A stretch of DNA of 64,000 nucleotides, taken from positions 928,001 through 992,000 of the forward strand of contig OZ244070.1 in assembly GCA_965215605.1 (NCBI GenBank), given 5' to 3'. The position numbers and the translations under genes were made by a program. This document shows, one piece after another, positions 29,833 through 38,334 of the stretch (position 1 is the stretch's first letter; every line of letters starts with the position of its first letter). Origin of the DNA: an uncultured Candidatus Binatia bacterium (GTDB lineage Bacteria; Desulfobacterota; Binatia; UBA9968; JAJDTQ01). The notes beneath the pieces are model-generated. The model did not search any database. It worked only from the letters and a program-made list of their open reading frames with translations, and had not been told where the DNA came from.

Positions 29833-30285
29833 TCAGCCGTGCTCGACGGCCGTGGCCTCGCCCCCTTCGCTCTGAACGGGCACCTTGCGTCCCACCGCCT
29901 CGGCGGGCAGCGGCACCCGGACCTCGGCCACGCCGTTCTTGTACCGGGCCTCGATCTTTCCGGCGTCGATGCCGCTGGGCAGCCTCACCGCGCGCTCGAA
30001 CCTGCCGTGGAATGTCTCCTTGTAGTGCCGGTCCTTCTCCTCGACCTTCCGCTCTCCCTTGATGGTCAGGACTCTTCCCTCCACCTGCACGTCCAGGTCC
30101 TTCGGGTCCACTCCCGGCAGATCGAGCCGGAAGACGTAGTGGCCGTCGCTGGTGTAGGCGTCCATCGGAGGCTTCCAGCCGGCGTCCGGCTCCCGGCGCC
30201 CCAGGAATCGGTCGAGCGCCGCATCCAGGTCACGGGGTCCGCCGAATACGAACGGATGCCGTCTTGTCACTTCATATCCCAACAT
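29833..30285 (-). CDS. Hsp20 / alpha-crystallin small heat shock protein
   Basis: DLPGVDPKDL, LTIKGER, GRFERAVRLP, ARYKNGV; AAGGAGG RBS. Confidence 0.92.
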   Translation of the reverse strand: MLGYEVTRRHPFVFGGPRDLDAALDRFLGRREPDAGWKPPMDAYTSDGHYVFRLDLPGVDPKDLDVQVEGRVLTIKGERKVEEKDRHYKETFHGRFERAVRLPSGIDAGKIEARYKNGVAEVRVPLPAEAVGRKVPVQSEGGEATAVEHG

Positions 30286-30369
30286 CTTCCATACCTCCTT
30301 CTCTGAAACCCTTTGGTGCATTTGCCGCAATGCCTTTCGTCGATATCTTGGAGCTCCTGTCGCAAGGAA

Positions 30370-30398
30370 AAGTTAAGCATCGAAACCGCCCGGGTCAA
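30370..30398 (-). promoter_or_regulatory. Putative promoter for hsp20 (TTGACC-17-TAACTT)
   Basis: Near-consensus hexamers with 17-bp spacer on minus strand. Confidence 0.45.
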
Positions 30399-30447
30399 CG
30401 GTGTGTCCGACGATCTTTTCGACGCTCCCGGGGAAACGCCGCCGCCG

Positions 30448-30477
30448 TTGACACGTTCGTCGGCCCGACCCTATAAT
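30448..30477 (+). promoter_or_regulatory. Consensus sigma70 promoter (TTGACA-18-TATAAT)
   Basis: Both hexamers perfect, 44 bp upstream of the ATG at 30522. Confidence 0.75.
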
Positions 30478-30521
30478 GCGGCCGTTTCGCTCTATCACAC
30501 ACTGCAAACCAGGAGGGTGAC

Positions 30522-31499
30522 ATGAAGAGGACCTTCGCCGCCTTGTTCGCCGCCTTCGGCCTCATCGTATTCGCCAACACCGCTCACGCCGAGTTCCCCA
30601 AACGGGACATCACCATTCTCGTCCACGCTTCGCCCGGAGGCGGGTTCGACGCCATCGCCAGGGCCCTGGGCCGCTACATGAAGCCCCTGGTACCCAAGAA
30701 TATCGACATCATCGTCAAGAACGTCGTGGGCGCCGGCGGCATCACCGGAACCGTCGCAATGTACCGCGCCAAGCCCGACGGCCACACCATCGGACATATC
30801 TACGCGGACGGGATGCTGGGGACCCAGATGATCCGGAGCAATGTCGGCTACGACATCGACAAGTTCACCTGGCTCGCGGTGGTGAGCTCGCAGGAGGCGG
30901 AGGCGTTGCTGGTCCGGCGCGAATCGCCTTATCGCACGGTCGAGGACCTGCAGAAGGCGAAACGGGTGACCTGGGGCGTCGAGGGCATCGGCGTCGCGCG
31001 CTGGGTTCACGCCTTTCTGGCCGCCAACGAGCTGAAGATCCCGTTCGACGTGGTGGCCGGCTACGGCGGCACCGGCGAGACGCTGCCGGGCTTGCTTCGG
31101 GGTGACTTCGACGTCTTCACGCAACCCATCGACCACCCCTCCACGTTGCCGTTCCTCCGGTCGGGCGAAATCGTGCCCATCGTCAACCTCGGCGAAACCC
31201 GCGCCAAAAACGCCCCGGACACGCCCACGGCCATCGAGCTGGGCTACAAGAACCTGATCGTGAAGGTGTTTCGCGCCATGGTCGCCCCTCCGGGACTGCC
31301 CAAGGACCTCCACAAACAACTGGAGGGCATGCTGTTGAAGACCATGAACAGCAAGCCGTACAAGGATTGGGCGGCCTCGTTCGGCATACCGCTGGTGCCG
31401 GGAGACGGCACCAAGGCAGCCAGCGACATGAAAGTGTTCGTGGACTTGTACAGCAAGTACCGTCAAGCCATGCTGGACGCGCTCAAGGGCAAGAGATAG
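30522..31499 (+). CDS. Bug/TctC family substrate-binding protein
   Basis: Signal peptide AHA-EFP, PGGGFD, NVVGAGG, KPDGHT, PPGLP. Confidence 0.9.
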   Translation: MKRTFAALFAAFGLIVFANTAHAEFPKRDITILVHASPGGGFDAIARALGRYMKPLVPKNIDIIVKNVVGAGGITGTVAMYRAKPDGHTIGHIYADGMLGTQMIRSNVGYDIDKFTWLAVVSSQEAEALLVRRESPYRTVEDLQKAKRVTWGVEGIGVARWVHAFLAANELKIPFDVVAGYGGTGETLPGLLRGDFDVFTQPIDHPSTLPFLRSGEIVPIVNLGETRAKNAPDTPTAIELGYKNLIVKVFRAMVAPPGLPKDLHKQLEGMLLKTMNSKPYKDWAASFGIPLVPGDGTKAASDMKVFVDLYSKYRQAMLDALKGKR

Positions 31500-31564
31500 C
31501 CGGACAGCCGCGGGCCGCGGTCGGCGGGACGCGCCGCTGGAACGAACCCGGGAGAAGATTCGCC

Positions 31565-32410
31565 ATGATGGTCAATCCTTACAACGATTCGCAGTTGATG
31601 CTGGCGTTGCAGTTCGACCACTCCCGGGTGGCGGGCTTCTTCGCTGCCCACTGGGGCAACGACGAGTTCGACCGCCCGGAGCCGTACGCGTCGGTGGTTC
31701 TGGCGGCCCAGGAACATGACCACGGATGGTGGGAATGGGAGATGAAGCCGTCCACACTCAACGACGAGAACTTCCCCATGGACTACCACGACGGCAGCTT
31801 CAAGTTCCTCGGCCAGCTCAGGCTCGACTTCTACAAGAACGCCGTGGACAACGTGCTGCAGCGTGACCCCTACGCGGCCATGCTCATCGCCATGCACGGG
31901 GTGGCGCTCATGAACGCGGGCTACGGCAAGTACTCCCATCCGCCCGATCGCACCGCCGACCCGCGGGTGCGCGCCTATGTCGACCACCAGGAAGACCTGA
32001 GGAAACGGTTGGCCGTGGAGTTGGGCGAATCCGAAGCGTTCCGGGACTACGCCTCCGAGGAACAGATCTGGACCAACTACGAGTACATCGAGGTCTTCGA
32101 TCAGCTCGCCCAGTATGTCTGCAACCGCTATCCCCTGAACAGCAAGAAGCGGAAGCTCGGGCCCAGCGACACCCTCGGCGACGTGGACGTGCCCCGCAAG
32201 AAGGGCGCCGCGCCCGTTCGCCTGCACATCGACACGGTGGCCGAGCACCGCGCCATCGTCCACCCCTACCCGTTCGCGGTGGACCCGCTGGCGTTCAGCT
32301 TCCCGGCGCGGCTGGTATCCAACCGGCGTTACAGCGATCCGGATGATTTTCTGAGCGAGTTCTACCGGGCCGAGCGGATAACCGTCACCCACACGCTCTC
32401 TTCGAGTTGA
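31565..32410 (+). CDS. DUF3891 family protein
   Basis: QFDHSR..G.FAAHWGN, HDHGW, DPYAA.LI.MH, PYPF. Confidence 0.75.
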   Translation: MMVNPYNDSQLMLALQFDHSRVAGFFAAHWGNDEFDRPEPYASVVLAAQEHDHGWWEWEMKPSTLNDENFPMDYHDGSFKFLGQLRLDFYKNAVDNVLQRDPYAAMLIAMHGVALMNAGYGKYSHPPDRTADPRVRAYVDHQEDLRKRLAVELGESEAFRDYASEEQIWTNYEYIEVFDQLAQYVCNRYPLNSKKRKLGPSDTLGDVDVPRKKGAAPVRLHIDTVAEHRAIVHPYPFAVDPLAFSFPARLVSNRRYSDPDDFLSEFYRAERITVTHTLSSS

Positions 32411-32415
32411 ACGGA

Positions 32416-32454
32416 CCGGCGTACCGGACGGGCCAACCCCGTCCGGTACGCCGG
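32416..32454. terminator. Perfect 17-bp stem hairpin between convergent genes
   Basis: CCGGCGTACCGGACGGG-CCAAC-CCCGTCCGGTACGCCGG. Confidence 0.65.
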
Positions 32455-32461
32455 AGACAGA

Positions 32462-33622
32462 TCAGGAATCCGACAGCAGCCGCACTCCGTAGAGCCTGGA
32501 CTCGGGCAGGTCGAGCCTCTCCCATGCCTCGCCCGCATCATGACTGGCGTACACCGACCCATCGGTATAGCCGATGACCACCGTGTCGGGGTCGCCGGGA
32601 TGCACCGCCACGCAGCTTGTCATGTGGGCGTGCCCCTGCGGCAGCCCCCCTGCCAGCCGCCGCCACGTTGCGCCGCGGTCGTCGCTGCGCAGGATGGCGG
32701 ACTTGGCGCCGCCCAGTTCGTCCGAGGTGTCGCGGCTGAAGCGAATGGTGTTGTACGGCCCCGGGCGGACCGTGCGGTGGCCCTTCCAGGAGGTAGGCCC
32801 GTTCTCCGCGGCGCCCAGAAAGATGCGCTCCGGGACGGTGGGATGGATGTCGAAGGGAATGGCGTAGGAACGTCCCATGTCGTATTCCAGCTTGCCCCAG
32901 GACACGCCGCCGTCGTCGGTGCGGTAGGTGCCGATGCCGGTGGTGGCGTACAGCGTATCGAGGCCGGCGGGATCCCGCCGCACCCAATGCACGTCGCGGT
33001 AGACGCGGCCGTCCTCGTGGGTGCCCATCTGGTAGGGCAGGCGTCCCGACGGGTCGTTGTATTCCGGATAGGAAGCCTCGCTCGATGGACCGCTGATGTC
33101 CTCCCAGGTCTCGCCGCGATCGCGGCTCCGCACCACGCCCCCTTCCTCGACCCCGACGACGATCTCGTCCGGCACCCGGCCGTCCAGCACGATGCAGCGG
33201 ATGTGCGGCGTATGGGGCGGCGGCGGAAAGGTCCAGCGGGCGTAGTCCTCGAGCTTCCGGAAAGCGGCAAGCTCGCGGAACGACCGCCCGCCGTCCCCGC
33301 TCACGTACACCGCCGCCGGCAGCGTGCCCACGTAGATCTCTTCCGCACGCGTGGGATGGGCCTGCATGGTCCAGATGTCACGATAGTCGAGCCCGCCGGA
33401 CGGAATCCATTTCCAGCTCTTCCCGCCGTCCTCGCTCAAATGCAACTCCGTACCGGTGGCGGCGTACAACCGATTGGGATCCCCGGCGTCCCGCGCCACC
33501 TCGCGCAGCACCTCGCCCTTGAGCACACGATCCAATACATCCACCTGCCTGGAACGGCCGTCCCAATGGCACCGGACCAGGTTGTCGGCCGTCAGCAGAA
33601 ACATCTTGAGACCTGAACTCAT
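32462..33622 (-). CDS. BNR/Asp-box repeat beta-propeller protein
   Basis: Multiple S.DGG.SW / SRDRGETW Asp-boxes; no signal peptide. Confidence 0.85.
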   Translation of the reverse strand: MSSGLKMFLLTADNLVRCHWDGRSRQVDVLDRVLKGEVLREVARDAGDPNRLYAATGTELHLSEDGGKSWKWIPSGGLDYRDIWTMQAHPTRAEEIYVGTLPAAVYVSGDGGRSFRELAAFRKLEDYARWTFPPPPHTPHIRCIVLDGRVPDEIVVGVEEGGVVRSRDRGETWEDISGPSSEASYPEYNDPSGRLPYQMGTHEDGRVYRDVHWVRRDPAGLDTLYATTGIGTYRTDDGGVSWGKLEYDMGRSYAIPFDIHPTVPERIFLGAAENGPTSWKGHRTVRPGPYNTIRFSRDTSDELGGAKSAILRSDDRGATWRRLAGGLPQGHAHMTSCVAVHPGDPDTVVIGYTDGSVYASHDAGEAWERLDLPESRLYGVRLLSDS

Positions 33623-33673
33623 ACCGTTCCCCCCATAATTCCTGGAAGCCACCTGCCAGTCAGCGCTACATGG

Positions 33674-33997
33674 TCATGATCGCGCCAACCGTGCATTGAC
33701 CAACCGATTGAGGCTGACACCTTCTTCTGCCGCCTGCAAGGCGAGCTCACGGTGTGTTTCGGGTGTCACTCGCACCACGAATTTTCCACTGTAGGTGCGG
33801 GACGCCAACGGCCCTGGCGATACTTCTCCGTTGGCTCGCATGTCCTCCAGCACATCAGCTACCAACCGTCGGATGCCCGCCAGCGCCTTGTCCGGAGTCG
33901 GCGCGAGCCAACTCAACGATGGAAACTCAACGCATAGGGCGACGTGCTCCCCGTCTTCCGGAGACCACGTGATCCGGTACGTATAGCGATCAACCAT
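33674..33997 (-). CDS. hicB: HicB family antitoxin
   Basis: YTYRITWSPEDGEHVALCVEFPSLSWLA, YSGKFVVRV...HRELA..A.EEGVSLN. Confidence 0.9.
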   Translation of the reverse strand: MVDRYTYRITWSPEDGEHVALCVEFPSLSWLAPTPDKALAGIRRLVADVLEDMRANGEVSPGPLASRTYSGKFVVRVTPETHRELALQAAEEGVSLNRLVNARLARS

Positions 33998-34118
33998 CCT
34001 GAGCCTCCAGCTTCTCAATCGCTTTGATTACCTGACGAACCTGATAGGCCTTGGCCATGCCTTTGTCGTTCTGGATGTTCACCCTGGGGTCTCCAGGCCA
34101 CGGGGTGCGGTACACCCG
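33990..34118 (-). pseudogene. hicA: 5'-truncated HicA toxin
   Basis: RVYRTPWPGDPRVNIQNDKGMAKAYQVRQVIKAIE* overlapping the hicB start; no upstream start before the tRNA. Confidence 0.8.
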
Positions 34119-34175
34119 ATTAAAGGATGCTCCTGGACTGCCACGGTAGGTGGTGGAAGGGTGAGAAGGATGGGA

Positions 34176-34252
34176 TGGTGGTCGCAGCAGGACTCGAACC
34201 TGCGGCCTCTTGCATGTGAGGCAAGCGCTCTAGCCGACTGAGCTATGCGACC
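34176..34252 (-). tRNA. tRNA-Val (anticodon CAC)
   Basis: GGTCGCA acceptor stem, TAGCTCAG D arm, CTTGC-CTCACAT-GCAAG anticodon arm, GGTTCGAGTCC T arm, encoded CCA; 77 nt. Confidence 0.96.
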
Positions 34253-34324
34253 ACTGTGGGATCTTGGTGTTTACCACCTTGGAAGGCGGGTTTCAACAAT
34301 TTCATGCACGGGCGACCGAACCGG

Positions 34325-34591
34325 CTATTCCCGTTCCTTCTGCCGCTGCTTGATGCGCTGGTTGAGGGACTGCAGGATGCCGGCGTCGACGGCGGCGATG
34401 ACGTCCACCGCGGCGTCGAGATGTTCCTCGGGAATGTCTGCTTTCCTTGCGTCCGCAAGGCGGCGGTCCACTCAGGGATCGCAGTTTCGGGTCATGGCGA
34501 CGGCGAGGCCGAGGAAGATCTTCTCGCGCTCGCTGAGGGAGTCGACGGCGTGGGCGTCGCGATAGAACTGACGGAAGTCTGCCTTCTTCAT
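34325..34591 (-). CDS. AhpD/CMD-like small selenoprotein candidate (CxxU), 88 aa with Sec at codon 40
   Basis: RBS AGGAGG; MKKADFRQFYRDAHAVDSLSEREKIFLGLAVAMTRNCDP-UGA-VDRRLADARKADIPEEHLDAAVDVIAAV...; SECIS-like hairpin 3' of the UGA. Confidence 0.8.
34445..34460 (-). promoter_or_regulatory. Bacterial SECIS-like hairpin
   Basis: CCUUGC-GGAC-GCAAGG, loop starts with G, 17 nt after UGA (34474-34472). Confidence 0.7.
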
Positions 34592-34638
34592 GGATCCCCT
34601 CCTGTTGGCGTTTGGCGTTCCAGGCGACACACGGGCCT

Positions 34639-35046
34639 TCAGCCCTTGGCCATCTCCATGATGACATCGTAGTGGGCGTCGCTCACCGGAACGAAGGAAA
34701 GCCGGCCCAGCCGGAACAGGTCGAAGCCTTCCAGCTTGGGGTTGAGCTTCATCTCGGCCAGCGACACTTCGCGCTTCAACGCCCTGCCGACCTTGATGTC
34801 GAACACCATGAGTCTGGGATCGTCCTTCTCGGGATCGGCATAGGCGCCGGTGGTGGCGGTGCCGAGGCCGACGCAGATCCGCTCACCCCCCGTATGGTAG
34901 ATGATGCAACGGTCGCCTTTCTTCACGGTCTTGAGGTGCTTGAGCGCCAGATTGTTCTTGATGCCGTCCCAGATCGTGGACTTGTCCCGCTGCAGGTCGG
35001 CAAAGGAATAAACGCTGGGTTCGGTCTTGAGCAGCCAGTTTGCCAT
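34639..35046 (-). CDS. EVE domain-containing protein
   Basis: WLLKTEP..YS, WDGIKN..A, GD...IYHTG, RLSFVPV. Confidence 0.9.
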   Translation of the reverse strand: MANWLLKTEPSVYSFADLQRDKSTIWDGIKNNLALKHLKTVKKGDRCIIYHTGGERICVGLGTATTGAYADPEKDDPRLMVFDIKVGRALKREVSLAEMKLNPKLEGFDLFRLGRLSFVPVSDAHYDVIMEMAKG

Positions 35047-35159
35047 CGTCAGCCTCCTTGTTGGTCAGCGTCCTGAAATACTGCAAAGCCTCGCAAGTCG
35101 CAACATTCCGTTCCTCCGGAGGGATGAAGCGCACCGCGTCCTTGTGATACAAAGCAGCC

Positions 35160-36050
35160 ATGGCGTCGACGCCGGGAAAGAAGAAACCCAAGGACCGCCC
35201 GCTTCTGGGAGCCCACATGTCCATCGCGGGCGGCGCCCACAATGCGCTGCACGCGGGTGACAGCGTCGGCTGCGAGGCGATCCAGATCTTCACCAAGTCC
35301 TCGCGGCAGTGGGCGTCCAAGCCCCTGACCGAGGACGACGTCCGGACCTTCAAGGACACCCAGAAGGCCAGCGGCATCCACACGGTGGTGGCCCACGACT
35401 CCTACCTGCTGAACCTCGGCGCCCCCGACCGGGAGCTGCGGCAGAAGTCCGTCGCGGCCTTCGTTGACGAGATGGAGCGGTGCGAGGCTCTCGCCATCCC
35501 CTGCCTCATCGCCCACCCGGGCGCCCACACAGGCGCGGGCGAGCGCACCGGCCTGCGCACCATCGCGCGCTCCCTGGACGCCATCCACCGGCGCTGCGCG
35601 GGCTTCAAGGTGCGCGTCGCGCTGGAGATCACCGCCGGGCAGGGCACCAACCTGGGCTACCGCTTCGAGCACATCCGCAACATCATCGACGGCGTGAAGG
35701 AGAGCGATCGGCTCAGAGTGTGCTTCGACACCCAACACGCGTTCGCCGCCGGCTACGACATCCGCACCCGGGACGGCTACGAACGGACCTTCACGGAGTT
35801 CGACGCGACCATCGGGGTCAAGCTCCTGGCCGCCTTCCACCTGAACGACTCGAAAAAGGAGCTCGACTGCCGGGTGGACCGTCACGAGATCCTCGGCAAG
35901 GGACACATCGATCTCGAGCCGTTCCGGATGCTGATGAACGACAAGCGCTTCTTCGGCCTCCCCATGTGCCTGGAAACCCCCAAGGGCAAGGACCTGAAGG
36001 AGGACCGGGAGACCCTCGAACTGCTGCGGTCGTTCCGGGGTGGAACGTAA
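35160..36050 (+). CDS. nfo: Endonuclease IV (AP endonuclease)
   Basis: GAHMSIAGG, HDSYLLNL, HPGAH, EITAGQG, CFDTQH, HLNDSK, DRH, LETPK. Confidence 0.95.
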   Translation: MASTPGKKKPKDRPLLGAHMSIAGGAHNALHAGDSVGCEAIQIFTKSSRQWASKPLTEDDVRTFKDTQKASGIHTVVAHDSYLLNLGAPDRELRQKSVAAFVDEMERCEALAIPCLIAHPGAHTGAGERTGLRTIARSLDAIHRRCAGFKVRVALEITAGQGTNLGYRFEHIRNIIDGVKESDRLRVCFDTQHAFAAGYDIRTRDGYERTFTEFDATIGVKLLAAFHLNDSKKELDCRVDRHEILGKGHIDLEPFRMLMNDKRFFGLPMCLETPKGKDLKEDRETLELLRSFRGGT

Positions 36051-36220
36051 ACGGCCCGAAGTTGCTGTCGCCCGGATGCACCGCGTGGCCGGGACCACGT
36101 CGGGAAACCCCGCGGGCAAGCATTGATTCAAACGGGAATAGGCGTTAATCTGCGTTGGTTGGTTCCCACACGGACGGCGATTTCCCTGTCACGTCGAACA
36201 TCAGGAAAGCGAGGCCGTTT

Positions 36221-37549
36221 GTGAGCACGCAGAGTCGTACACCTGGAGATGATCGGGCGCGGCAGGGTTTGGGCACGCGTCTGACGCGCCGGACCGTAGT
36301 CCGTGCCGGGCTGGCAGCGATCCTGGCCCCGCCTTGGCTCCACTCCCTGAGCCCGGCCGATGCAGCCGCTGTCCGAGGAATCGGACCTGACGGCGAGATC
36401 GTGCTGGGAGTATCCGCCGCCTTCTCCGGCCCCTCCCGCGGCCTCGGCACGGAACTCTACCGAGGCGCCAAGTCCTACTTCGACCACATCAACGAGAACG
36501 GCGGCATCAATGGCCGGAAGGTCGTCCTGAAGCTCTACGACGACGGCTACCAGCCGGATCCCTGCGTCGAGAACACCGTCAAGCTGATGCTGGAGGACCA
36601 GGTCTTCCTGCTCTTCGGATACGTGGGCACCCCCACCGTCACCCGGGTGCTGCCGATGTTGAAGAAGTTCCAGGCCCAGCGGGTCTACTTGTTCTTCCCC
36701 TTCACCGGCGCCCAGCCCCAGCGGGAGCCGCCCTACGGCGACTTCGCGTTCAACCTGCGGGCCTCCTACCGCCAGGAGACCGCCGGCCTGGTGAACAACT
36801 TCATGCGCATCGGCCGGCAACGCATCGCCATGTTCTACCAGGCCGACGCGTACGGCCGCAGCGGCTGGGCGGGAGTACGGGCGGCCTTGGCCAGGCACGG
36901 CGTCGAGATGGTCGGCGAGGCCACGTACCGCCGAGGGTCGCGGTTCACGGGCAGTTTCCGGGCCCAGGTGGAGATCCTGAGCAAGGCCTCGCCGGATGCG
37001 GTGATCTGCGTCGGCGCCTACGCCGCCTGCGCCGGCTTCGCCCGCGACGCAGTGGACCAGGGCCTGCGAGTCCCCATCGCCAACCTCTCCTTCGTCGGGA
37101 GCGAGAACCTGCTCAACCTGCTGTCGCAGGGGCAGGACGACCCCGATGCCTACGCCCGGTACCTGGTGAACTCGCAGGTGGTGCCCAGCTACGAGGACAC
37201 CTCGATTCCGGCTGTTGGGGAATACCGCGAATTGATGGCGCGCTACGACCCCCAGGTACCCGCGGAGTTGGTGAAGGAGGCGTACACGCCGTTCCCGCAC
37301 AGCTTCGTGAGCCTGGAGGGGTTCCTGGACGCCAAATTGATGGTGGAGATCCTCCGGCGGCTGAAGGGCAAGCCGGACAGGACCGGACTGGAGGAAGCAG
37401 TCTTATCCGTGCGCGACTTCGACCTGGGAATCGGCGAGGCGGTGTCCTTCGGACCGGATCGCAGGCAGGGATTGCAGAAGGTCTACTACACAGTCGTCGA
37501 GGACGGCCGGTTCGTCACCCTGGACGACTGGAAAGCCAAGTTCGGGTAA
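36221..37549 (+). CDS. Periplasmic binding protein (Leu/Ile/Val-type fold) with Tat-like signal
   Basis: LTRRTVVRAG signal, GGINGRK, YDDGYQP, GYVGTPT, FNLRASY; start uncertain. Confidence 0.85.
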   Translation: MSTQSRTPGDDRARQGLGTRLTRRTVVRAGLAAILAPPWLHSLSPADAAAVRGIGPDGEIVLGVSAAFSGPSRGLGTELYRGAKSYFDHINENGGINGRKVVLKLYDDGYQPDPCVENTVKLMLEDQVFLLFGYVGTPTVTRVLPMLKKFQAQRVYLFFPFTGAQPQREPPYGDFAFNLRASYRQETAGLVNNFMRIGRQRIAMFYQADAYGRSGWAGVRAALARHGVEMVGEATYRRGSRFTGSFRAQVEILSKASPDAVICVGAYAACAGFARDAVDQGLRVPIANLSFVGSENLLNLLSQGQDDPDAYARYLVNSQVVPSYEDTSIPAVGEYRELMARYDPQVPAELVKEAYTPFPHSFVSLEGFLDAKLMVEILRRLKGKPDRTGLEEAVLSVRDFDLGIGEAVSFGPDRRQGLQKVYYTVVEDGRFVTLDDWKAKFG

Positions 37550-37551
37550 TC

Positions 37552-38298
37552 ATGAAAATACGAAAGCTGTTCCAGAAGACCCAGTTCGGCATCTTCGCGC
37601 TGTTCGGCCTGATCGTGCTGTCCACTTCGGCGCTGACCATCTACACCGTGCAGACCCAGTTGTCGACCGAGTACGAGAGCAACAGCCGGAACATCGCCAA
37701 GACCATCGCCGACGCCAGCGTCGACATCCTGCTGAACCGCAACTTGGCCACGCTGCAGTCGCTCATCGACCAATTCGTGGAGATCCAGGGCATCCGCTAC
37801 GTCTACATCACCAGCGACACCGGCGAGTATCTGGCCCACACCTTCGTTCCCGGCATCCCCGAAGCGATCCGCAACAGCGACCCGTTCGAGACCGCCACGG
37901 TCAAACGGACACTGCCGGGGATGGGGGAGTTCGTGGAGGTCGGCAGCCCGATCCTGGCGGGTTTCGCCGGCACCGTGCACGTCGGCATGGATCTCGACGT
38001 CATCGGCCTGAAGATCCAGCGGGCCATCGGCCGACAGGTCTACCTCATCTCCATCCTGCTGCTGGTGGGAGTCATGGGTTCCATCTGGTTCGTCAACCTC
38101 GCCGCCAGGCCGTTGGGGGACCTGCTGGCTTTCGCCGTGAAGCTTGCCAGGCAGGAGGAACCGGACGGAGCGCAGAACGAACGTATCCTCGCCAGAGACG
38201 ACGAGGCCGGCGAGCTGGCGCGGCTGCTCCTTCACGTGGCGCAACGCAAGACCGCACCCGACGAGCCGACTCCGCCGGCGGCCGAGGGCGCCGGTTAG
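37552..38298 (+). CDS. Two-TM sensor-input protein with periplasmic Cache-like and HAMP-like region, no output domain
   Basis: TM-periplasmic-TM, ARPL..L and DEAGELAR HAMP motifs, then a stop. Confidence 0.7.
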   Translation: MKIRKLFQKTQFGIFALFGLIVLSTSALTIYTVQTQLSTEYESNSRNIAKTIADASVDILLNRNLATLQSLIDQFVEIQGIRYVYITSDTGEYLAHTFVPGIPEAIRNSDPFETATVKRTLPGMGEFVEVGSPILAGFAGTVHVGMDLDVIGLKIQRAIGRQVYLISILLLVGVMGSIWFVNLAARPLGDLLAFAVKLARQEEPDGAQNERILARDDEAGELARLLLHVAQRKTAPDEPTPPAAEGAG

Positions 38299-38334
38299 CG
38301 GTCCGAAACGGACTTGGTCCGGGAGGTTCCCGAG

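Noticed and set aside
33640-34200. att direct repeat of the tRNA-Val 3' end bounding the hicAB remnant
   Set aside because: No second copy of the tRNA 3' sequence was found by eye in the window
34243-34672. Track ORFs 34243-34458, 34245-34565, 34256-34672 and 34302-34667
   Set aside because: Alternative-frame or antisense shadows of the CxxU gene, which has the RBS and a recognisable fold
36051-36220. Possible ncRNA in the long gap after nfo
   Set aside because: No recognisable family motif or convincing stable structure
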